Under the pieces are notes generated by a model. The model was not told the origin of the DNA. It saw nothing but the letters and a program-made list of their open reading frames with translations, and ran no database searches. A stretch of 64,000 bases of DNA from Bacillota bacterium (GTDB lineage: Bacteria; Bacillota; Limnochordia; DTU087; JAAYGB01). Numbering within the stretch: position 1 is the first letter of the stretch; the number at the start of each line of letters is the position of its first letter. The translations under genes and the position numbers were made by a program. Positions 57,045 to 64,000 of the stretch are shown here, one piece after another. The stretch spans positions 589 through 64,588 of the forward strand of contig JAAYGB010000053.1 in assembly GCA_012727955.1 (NCBI GenBank), read 5' to 3'.

Positions 57045-57686
57045 ATGTTTGTTAGAGACAGAATGACCGCCAACCCCGTAACGACCACCGAAGACACCCT
57101 CGTATTCGACGCCTTGAAGCTGATGCAGGAAACCAATGTCCGCCGCTTGCCAGTGGTAAGAAAGGGACGTCTGGTGGGAATCGTGACTGAATCAGAACTG
57201 CTGCGTATCTCCCCATCCCCGGCAACATCCTTAAGCGTATTTGAACTTAATTATCTTTTATCTCAGTTGCGGGTCAAGGACGCGATGACCAAAGACGTGG
57301 TCACCGTCAGCCCCGATACCACCGTTGAAGAAGCAGCCATCCTGATGCGGGATAATGCCGTCAGTGGACTGCCGGTATTGGAAAATGACAACCTGATCGG
57401 CATCATTACCGAAACCAACATCTTCGACGCCTTTGTCGAGCTAATGGGCATTCGGAGAGCGGGAACCCGCCTCACCGTCTCCGTTGTCGATCGCCCCGGT
57501 GTCATTGCCGCCCTAAGCAGCATTATCAGGGACCTGGGAGTAAACATCATCAGCATGGCCACCTTCTTCCCGACGGAAGAGGAAAGCCACATTGTGATTC
57601 GGCTGTCCACCAAGGAACCCGAGCCCGTAGTCGAAGCCCTCACCGCTGCGGGATATGACGTGGTCAATGTCCGCATCCTGAACTAG
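57045..57686 (+). CDS. CBS-pair + ACT domain protein (AcuB-like)
   Basis: Two CBS motifs followed by a C-terminal ACT-like region. GGAGG RBS. Confidence 0.75.
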   Translation: MFVRDRMTANPVTTTEDTLVFDALKLMQETNVRRLPVVRKGRLVGIVTESELLRISPSPATSLSVFELNYLLSQLRVKDAMTKDVVTVSPDTTVEEAAILMRDNAVSGLPVLENDNLIGIITETNIFDAFVELMGIRRAGTRLTVSVVDRPGVIAALSSIIRDLGVNIISMATFFPTEEESHIVIRLSTKEPEPVVEALTAAGYDVVNVRILN

Positions 57687-57703
57687 ATTTTACCTACAAC
57701 AAG

Positions 57704-57760
57704 GCACCGGAATTTGGGCGAATCACCGCCGAGTAAATCCGGTGCTCTTGTGGTTTGTCC
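57704..57760. terminator. hairpin terminator between convergent genes
   Basis: GCACCGGA...TCCGGTGC followed by TCTTGTGGTTTG. Confidence 0.5.
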
Positions 57761-57768
57761 CTTCCCAT

Positions 57769-58842
57769 CTACCGAGGAATGGCCGCGATAATAGCCTCGC
57801 CCATCTCCTTGGTGCCTACGGCTTCATCTGGGGAACTACCGGGCTTTAGATCTGCGGTAACATTACGTCCCTCAGCCAGTACCCGAGCCACGGCCTGCTC
57901 CAATCTGCGAGCGGCTTCAAATTCATTGAGATGGCGCAGCATCAAGACCCCCGAAAGAATCAAAGCCGTGGGATTAGCCTGATTCTTACCAGCCAGTTGA
58001 GGTGCGGAACCATGCACTGGCTCAAAAACCGCGTACTTCTCCCCCACGTTGGAGCCGGGGGCAACACCCAATCCTCCGACTAGCCCAGCACACAGATCCG
58101 ACACAATATCTCCATACAGATTAGGCATCACCAGAACATCGAAGTTTTCGGGATCCTGTACCAGACGCATACACAGGGCATCGATTAGGATCTCATCGTA
58201 GGCCACCTTGCCGGCATATTCCTGGGCTACCTCCCGGGCGATTTCATAGAACAACCCATCGGTATACTTCATGATATTGGCCTTGGCCACCGCGGTAACC
58301 TTTTTGCGCCCAACCCGCTGTGCATAGGCAAAGGCATATTCCACTATGCGTCGGGTGGCAGTGGCGGAAATGGGTTTGATGGAAATTGCCGCATCCTCCC
58401 TGATTTTCCCCTGGCTCATGGCCACGATCTGCTTCGCCCCGTCGGAGCCTGGAGCAAATTCAACCCCGGCATACAGATCCTCGGTGTTTTCCCGAATTAT
58501 ACATAGATCAACATTTTCAAAGCGACTGTGAATCCCCCGATACATCTTGGCGGGACGGACACAGGCAAACAGATCTAGCTCCTGTCGCAGGGCGACATTG
58601 ACGCTGCGAAATCCCTTCCCAATGGGTGTAGTGATGGGACCTTTGAGGGCAATTCTGTTGCGGCGGATAGAATCCAGTACTGCTTCGGGCAGTGGCGTGC
58701 CTTCCTCTTCTATCGCCTTAGCCCCGGCCTGAACAATCTCCCACTCAATGTCTACCCCGGTGGCGTTGATGGCAGCGATGGCCGCATCCATGATCTCTGG
58801 CCCAATGCCGTCACCGGGAATTGCAGTAATTCTATACGCCAT
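57769..58842 (-). CDS. isocitrate/isopropylmalate dehydrogenase-family NAD(P)-dependent dehydrogenase
   Basis: [14 protein letters not shown]-terminus, [10 protein letters not shown] and GSAP motifs. The ATG (MAYRIT) follows a GGGGGT RBS. Confidence 0.8.
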   Translation of the reverse strand: MAYRITAIPGDGIGPEIMDAAIAAINATGVDIEWEIVQAGAKAIEEEGTPLPEAVLDSIRRNRIALKGPITTPIGKGFRSVNVALRQELDLFACVRPAKMYRGIHSRFENVDLCIIRENTEDLYAGVEFAPGSDGAKQIVAMSQGKIREDAAISIKPISATATRRIVEYAFAYAQRVGRKKVTAVAKANIMKYTDGLFYEIAREVAQEYAGKVAYDEILIDALCMRLVQDPENFDVLVMPNLYGDIVSDLCAGLVGGLGVAPGSNVGEKYAVFEPVHGSAPQLAGKNQANPTALILSGVLMLRHLNEFEAARRLEQAVARVLAEGRNVTADLKPGSSPDEAVGTKEMGEAIIAAIPR

Positions 58843-58934
58843 TACATTACCCCCTGGATATTTAGTCATGTTCTGCTATAAACTTCCACGAAATTCACAG
58901 CATTTCCTGCCCAGACACCACCATTGGCCGCCAA

Positions 58935-60122
58935 CTACCGGCGAAAGATTACCGACTCCTTACTAAAGAGAACCTTGGTCCAGCGCAAAGCTAACAAGAT
59001 ATACAGTGCCGAGGAAACCAAGGTGACTGCCAAGTTAATCCCATGGACGCTGCTGAGTAAAATCGCTTTAAAGGTGAGCAGGCCATTGACCAAGGGAAGG
59101 GCATACCACAGCGAACTCACCCCGCTGGGGTCGACATATTGCAACAACACACCCGGCAATACCACCAAGATGCTCAGCGGCGACAGATAGGTCTGGGCTT
59201 CCCGAAAGGAACGGGCCCAGGCACTGATCATCAATTCAATGGCACTAAAGAGGCCCGCCAGGCTCAAGGCAGTCAGGAAGATCAAGAAAATCTCCCCCAG
59301 AGACAGGACCGCGGCCAAGGCGGCAAAGTCGGAGCCCAGGGTGAACCAAAGGGCTAAGTACATCCCCACAAGGGCCGCCCCTGCCGCCACCAAGGCCGTC
59401 ACGACCACTGCTAGGTACTTGCCCATCACCAAGGACATTCGCTGGGAGGGTGTGGCCAACAGGGCCGCTAGCGTCCCCCGCTCCTTCTCCCCGGCCACGG
59501 CATCGATGGCAGCATACATTCCCCCCATCACGCTCCAGACCCCCAAAACCATCGGCATCAGCATCACCAAGAAGAGAGCATGCTCTGGCTCCTGTCCCTG
59601 GATACTGTGACTGCGGGTCTGGGCAAGGGTCAGCAAATTGGGCTCAATCCCCTGCCCCTGCAGCCGGTGGACCAGAGCCCTTTGGGAATACTCCGCTAAG
59701 GCCCGACGCACCCTGGCCTCTGCCAGCTGGGAGCTAAGCCGTGAGTCATCGTACACCACGGTAACCACCGGGCGCTGTCCCGTGGCCAGGGCTCCATCAA
59801 AGCCAGAGGGAATCTCAAGGACTGCATCCACCTCGCCGGTTTCTAGTGCTGCCATTGCCTTGGGTCCTGGAGTCACCTGAAGATCCCGGACCTGATGCAA
59901 AAACTCCATCAGACTGGGACTGCCCTCGGCACCTAACACCGCGATGATAGAATAGTTTCGCCCGGTTACTGCACCCGGCGCCTCTCCACCAACAGAAGCC
60001 ACCACTGTCAACAGCGGCACCAACAGCAAGGGTACGAGGATCATCGCAATCCAGGTCCGTCGATCCCTGAGGGCATGGAGTAATTCCGTGTGCCAGACCG
60101 TCTGCACAATGCGCCAGTTCAC
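58935..60122 (-). CDS. ABC-2 family transporter permease (NatB-like)
   Basis: 395 aa. An N-terminal transmembrane segment, a large extracytoplasmic loop and 5 C-terminal transmembrane segments. Overlaps the upstream ATPase gene by 4 nt. Confidence 0.75.
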   Translation of the reverse strand: MNWRIVQTVWHTELLHALRDRRTWIAMILVPLLLVPLLTVVASVGGEAPGAVTGRNYSIIAVLGAEGSPSLMEFLHQVRDLQVTPGPKAMAALETGEVDAVLEIPSGFDGALATGQRPVVTVVYDDSRLSSQLAEARVRRALAEYSQRALVHRLQGQGIEPNLLTLAQTRSHSIQGQEPEHALFLVMLMPMVLGVWSVMGGMYAAIDAVAGEKERGTLAALLATPSQRMSLVMGKYLAVVVTALVAAGAALVGMYLALWFTLGSDFAALAAVLSLGEIFLIFLTALSLAGLFSAIELMISAWARSFREAQTYLSPLSILVVLPGVLLQYVDPSGVSSLWYALPLVNGLLTFKAILLSSVHGINLAVTLVSSALYILLALRWTKVLFSKESVIFRR

Positions 60123-60832
60123 CCTCGGTCACCTCCCAGCCCCAGGAGGATATCCTCCAAGCTGTCTCTCTGGGCCTTAACTTGGTGCAAAGTCCCCTCC
60201 AGGGCAATGCGGCCCCGATGAATGATGGCCACCCGTTGGCACAGCTTTTCCACTTCCGCCATGTTGTGGCTGGACAGGATAATAGTCTTGCCCCTTTCTC
60301 GGGCCTCGCTGATAAACTCATGGACCAATCGGGTCCCGGCAACATCTAAGGCGGTGGTGGGTTCATCGAGGATCAAAACCGGTGGATCGTGAACCAACAC
60401 TCGGGCCAGGGCTACCCTTTGCCGCATTCCCCGGGAGAGACTGCCGGCTCGACGATGGGCATACTCCTCGATGCCAAACCGAGTTAAGAGCCCATCGACT
60501 CGCTCCGACAGCTCCGAGGCCGGGACCCCGTATAATTTGCCAAAATAGGCGATATTCTCCCGGGCAGTCAGGCGATCATAGAGTCCCGGGTTAAAGAGCA
60601 CTCCCAACTGCCTCCGCACCTGCTCCGGTTCCCGCACCAGATCGTAACCATTGATTGTAGCGGTTCCCCCGTCGGGGATCAGCAGAGTGGCCAACATCCG
60701 CAGAGTGGTGGTCTTACCGGCCCCATTTTCCCCCAACAGGCCAAAGACCTCACCGGCAGGAGCGACAAAACTAACCTTGTCCACCGCGATGAGGCGACTA
60801 AACCCCTTGGTTAATCCCGTTACCTCCACCAT
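60119..60832 (-). CDS. ABC transporter ATP-binding protein
   Basis: Walker A GENGAGKTT, LSRGMRQR signature, Walker B LILDEPT. Confidence 0.85.
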   Translation of the reverse strand: MVEVTGLTKGFSRLIAVDKVSFVAPAGEVFGLLGENGAGKTTTLRMLATLLIPDGGTATINGYDLVREPEQVRRQLGVLFNPGLYDRLTARENIAYFGKLYGVPASELSERVDGLLTRFGIEEYAHRRAGSLSRGMRQRVALARVLVHDPPVLILDEPTTALDVAGTRLVHEFISEARERGKTIILSSHNMAEVEKLCQRVAIIHRGRIALEGTLHQVKAQRDSLEDILLGLGGDRG

Positions 60833-60844
60833 CGGAAAATCTCC

Positions 60845-63031
60845 TCACACCTTGCGCAGGGCTATCCGCTCCCGCTCGTGATCTAACTCCAGAACCTCAA
60901 CGGTAACAACATCGCCCACAGCCACGATTTCCGAAGGATGATGTACGTACTGATCACTGAGTTGGGAAATGTGAATCAGACCATTGCGTTCTACACCAAT
61001 ATCCACAAAGGCACCAAAATCCACCACATTAGATACGGTGCCCGTCAGCACCATCCCCTCCCGCAAATCGGCAAAGGAAAGGACGTCCTTGCGGAAAACC
61101 GGCTTCGGCATGGCCTCCCGGGGATCTCGCCCCGGCTTCATCAAGGCGGCGATGATATCCCGCACCGTGGGTTCACCGGCCCCCAGCTGGGCAGCAACGG
61201 TCCGGGGATCAAGCTTACCCAGGGCGACCCGGATTTTCTTCAATCCCTCGGGGTTGTTTACCCCATCGACATCGGCCCCAATTCCCTGCAGGATCTCGGC
61301 CGCCAGGGAATAGGACTCCGGGTGAACGGCAGTGTAATCTAGGGGCTGAGGACCGGATTTTACTTTCAAGAATCCTGCACACTGCTCGTAGGTCTTGGGA
61401 CCCAAACGGGGTACCGACAACAACTGCTCCCGAGTGGTGAAGCCTCCCTGCTCTGTCCGATAAGCTACAATATTCTTCGCCACCGTCGGCGAGATTCCGG
61501 CCACATATTGCAGCAGCGCCGCGGAAGCAGTATTGAGATCTACGCCCACGTAGTTAACGGCGGACTCCACCACGTCTTTCAAGCTTTCCGCCAACTGGCC
61601 TTGGTGAACATCGTGCTGATACTGACCGACTCCGATGGAGCGGGGATCGATTTTCACCAACTCCGCCAAAGGATCCTGAATCCGCCGAGCAATGGACACT
61701 GCTCCCCGCAGGGACACATCTAAATCGGGAAATTCCTCCCGAGCAATGTCTGAGGCGGAGTAGACCGAGGCCCCGGCCTCATTGACGATGGTGTAACTGA
61801 GCCCGCTGTGTCCCGACTGGATCAGACGGGCCACCAAGCCCTCCGTCTCCCGAGAGGCGGTTCCATTGCCGATGGCGATTAGCTGTACCTGATACTTTTC
61901 CACTAAGCGAGATAGGACTGCAAGGGCTGCCTCCACCTGATGCTGGGGTTCATGGGGATAGATTGTTCCCGTCTCCAACAGGTTGCCGGTGCCATCTACC
62001 ACCGCCAATTTGCATCCCGTCCGAAAGGCAGGATCGATACCCAAGACCACGGTATCGGTTACCGGCGGCTGCAGTAATAAATTCCGCAGGTTTAAGGAAA
62101 AGACGGAAATGGCCTGAGCCTCCGCAGACTCCGTCAGTTGATTGCGAATTTCCCGCTCAATGGATGGAGCCAACAACCGCTGATAGCCATCGATACAGGC
62201 CTGCTGCAAGAATTCCGCGATCTCTGGGTCAGAGCTGGTTACCACTTGCGCTGTCAACTTCTCGAGAATCTGATCGGGAACCTGGAGACTTACCCTTAAG
62301 ACGCCCTCCCGCTCTCCCCGATTGATGGCCAAAATGCGATGGGAAACCAAGGTGCGCACCGGTTCTTGATAGTCAAAGTACATCCGGTATTTCTCCCGCT
62401 GCCCTGAATCCTGGGGGGCATCCTTGGAGGGAGGGATCTCCCTGGTGTGGAGGATGCCGTGACGCCAGGTAAACCGGCGAACCAGTTCCCGCAAAGCCGG
62501 ATCATCGCTGATGCCTTCCGCGATGATATCGGAGGCACCCTGTAACGCGTCCTCCGGTGAATTAACCTCCTGGTCGGGATTCAAAAAATCTGCGGCCAGC
62601 TGGATTAGCGGCCGGGCCAGGGGTTCCTGCCGCCAGAGAATCTCTGCCAAGGGCTCCAAACCCCGCTCCCTGGCCACCGTGGCCCGGGTACGTCTTTTTT
62701 GCCGATAGGGACGGTACAAATCCTCCACTGCCTGCAAGGTGGTGGCCGCGGTAATGGCCGCCTGCAGTTCATCGGTCAATTTACCCTGGGCCTCGATTAG
62801 TCTTATCACGTCGGCTTTCCGCTCCTGCAAATTCCGCAGTTGCTTCAGCCTAGCGGCCACATCGCGAATTTGCACCTCATCGAGCTCGCCGGTTAACTCT
62901 TTACGGTATCGAGCAATAAAGGGGACTGTGTTGCCCCCATCTAAAAGTTCAATGGTATTTTGTACTTGCCGCTTTTTCAGCCCTGTATCCTGGGCAATTT
63001 GCGCTGCTATCTCTCCTGTCAATAAAACCAC
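60845..63031 (-). CDS. tex: Tex-like transcription accessory protein (YqgF/HhH/S1 domains)
   Basis: 728 aa. N-terminal Tex region (TVPFIARYRKE), YqgF RNase H-like domain, HhH and C-terminal S1 domain (GMVLTGTVSNVVDFGAFVDIG). Confidence 0.85.
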   Translation of the reverse strand: MVLLTGEIAAQIAQDTGLKKRQVQNTIELLDGGNTVPFIARYRKELTGELDEVQIRDVAARLKQLRNLQERKADVIRLIEAQGKLTDELQAAITAATTLQAVEDLYRPYRQKRRTRATVARERGLEPLAEILWRQEPLARPLIQLAADFLNPDQEVNSPEDALQGASDIIAEGISDDPALRELVRRFTWRHGILHTREIPPSKDAPQDSGQREKYRMYFDYQEPVRTLVSHRILAINRGEREGVLRVSLQVPDQILEKLTAQVVTSSDPEIAEFLQQACIDGYQRLLAPSIEREIRNQLTESAEAQAISVFSLNLRNLLLQPPVTDTVVLGIDPAFRTGCKLAVVDGTGNLLETGTIYPHEPQHQVEAALAVLSRLVEKYQVQLIAIGNGTASRETEGLVARLIQSGHSGLSYTIVNEAGASVYSASDIAREEFPDLDVSLRGAVSIARRIQDPLAELVKIDPRSIGVGQYQHDVHQGQLAESLKDVVESAVNYVGVDLNTASAALLQYVAGISPTVAKNIVAYRTEQGGFTTREQLLSVPRLGPKTYEQCAGFLKVKSGPQPLDYTAVHPESYSLAAEILQGIGADVDGVNNPEGLKKIRVALGKLDPRTVAAQLGAGEPTVRDIIAALMKPGRDPREAMPKPVFRKDVLSFADLREGMVLTGTVSNVVDFGAFVDIGVERNGLIHISQLSDQYVHHPSEIVAVGDVVTVEVLELDHERERIALRKV

Positions 63032-63195
63032 CCTTTGCTTGTTTTGCCGACATTAGCATTCCCGACAACTGCCTGATACTTCCATATCCACGGGAGCTGA
63101 TCCTTTCCTTCCCTTCTCCGAGCATGAAAGCCCTGAACCCCGGATAAGCTAAAACCGTAGACTATAAGAGATAGAATTTATGTAAGGAGACTGCT

Positions 63196-63399
63196 ATGGA
63201 GAATTTAGATCGAACCTTCGACACCTGCCCCAGCTGTGGAATGGAGATTCCGGTTACCGACGACGCCTTCCCAGGCCAAAGACTAGACTGCAGATCCTGT
63301 GGGGCTGAACTAACACTTACCTTCCTCAACGACTCTCCCGATTTGCAGCTGTCGGCGTCGATCACCGACGATGATGAACTGGAGCGGTTTATCCATTGA
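63196..63399 (+). CDS. small zinc-ribbon protein (LysW-like C4 ribbon with an acidic tail)
   Basis: AAGGAG RBS. CPSCG...CRSCG pairs and a D/E-rich C-terminus. Followed by a hairpin terminator. Confidence 0.5.
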   Translation: MENLDRTFDTCPSCGMEIPVTDDAFPGQRLDCRSCGAELTLTFLNDSPDLQLSASITDDDELERFIH

Positions 63400-63425
63400 A
63401 CCATACATACCCGCCAGAACACAAT

Positions 63426-63474
63426 AAGGGCCGGACACCAAACTTCAGGCTTGGCGTCCAGCCCTTATTTACAT
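63426..63474. terminator. hairpin terminator
   Basis: AAGGGCCGGAC...GTCCAGCCCTT followed by ATTTACATT. Confidence 0.5.
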
Positions 63475-63504
63475 TGAGCTGTTGGCGATTCCGTTGTATC
63501 ATCG

Positions 63505-63981
63505 TCAATCAAACTCCCAAAGGCAGCGCTCCTGCATCTGTTTCCACAGACGAGTTGCTTTGAGAAAGTCTTCTCTGTCCCGCTTCGCCAAAGCCTCCTC
63601 AATCCGATGACGCAGGAGAATGCACCAAAGGGCAATATCCAATTGCTCATCCTCTACCTCTTGAATCAGAGACTCAAAGTCCGAGGCCACCTGTTCCTTC
63701 GCCTCTATCGCTTCGGCGGGATTGGGCTCAACCACTGCCTCATACCAATCCGGTGTTTCCCCAGCAAAGGCAAACATCACGTATAATTTCCCAGAAAAAT
63801 CCGCCAGGGCCTCCAGGGCCTCCAGGGGATCCGTCGATCGAAGGCGCCGAGTTCTCTTGACATGGCGCACTAAACGCCCATTAATGATCGAGACCTCTTC
63901 ATATTGCTTGGCACCCAGTTCCAACTCAAATCCATTTTGATGGCTACCCATCTCCGCAATTAACATGCTGTTGGGTAGCAT
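63505..63981 (-). CDS. hypothetical acidic protein (may extend beyond the window end)
   Basis: 158-aa ORF. The frame stays open upstream to the window edge and no convincing RBS precedes the first ATG. Confidence 0.35.
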   Translation of the reverse strand: MLPNSMLIAEMGSHQNGFELELGAKQYEEVSIINGRLVRHVKRTRRLRSTDPLEALEALADFSGKLYVMFAFAGETPDWYEAVVEPNPAEAIEAKEQVASDFESLIQEVEDEQLDIALWCILLRHRIEEALAKRDREDFLKATRLWKQMQERCLWEFD

Positions 63982-64000
63982 CGATCGATTGGAGACAAAA

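Noticed and set aside
1-64000. tRNA, rRNA, CRISPR arrays, transposases/IS elements, prophage genes
   Set aside because: I saw no cloverleaf-like T-arm/acceptor signatures, no rRNA hallmark stretches, no regularly spaced repeats, and no transposase/integrase-like ORFs in any frame.

Overview
High-GC (~55-60%) bacterial chromosome segment, densely coded and mostly on the minus strand. Conserved synteny (comFA ... comFC-yvyF-flgM-flgN-flgK-flgL-yviE-fliW-csrA, degS-degU-DUF192, flaG-fliS) is Bacillus/Clostridia-like. An outer-membrane beta-barrel protein and a secretin are also present, so the organism is most likely a diderm Firmicute, for example Negativicutes-like (inference only). The rest of the window is housekeeping and accessory metabolism: Gfo/Idh/MocA oxidoreductases, aldo/keto reductases, MFS transporters, manA, nanE, ogt, mtnP, xylB-like kinase, pfkB kinase, an ICDH/IMDH-family dehydrogenase, tex, recD2, an ABC-2 exporter, and a metNIQ operon behind a SAM-I riboswitch. 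The best candidate for an undescribed system is a compact minus-strand operon at 23991-30151. It encodes three signal-peptide or bitopic secreted proteins, a short secretin, a secretin-N-like outer-membrane partner, and a short TadV/CpaA-type prepilin peptidase. No ATPase, platform protein or recognisable pilin is linked to it. Other notable points: flgK carries an in-frame TAG followed by 73 conserved codons. A SARP/BTAD regulator with a degenerate GGDEF-like C-terminus sits where flagellin normally follows csrA. A ~0.85 kb ORF-free, lower-GC, strand-skewed region between metQ and an FMN-binding gene may encode a large structured RNA. Several operator-like repeats and sigma-28-like promoters are also present. 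No tRNA, rRNA, CRISPR or transposase was recognised.
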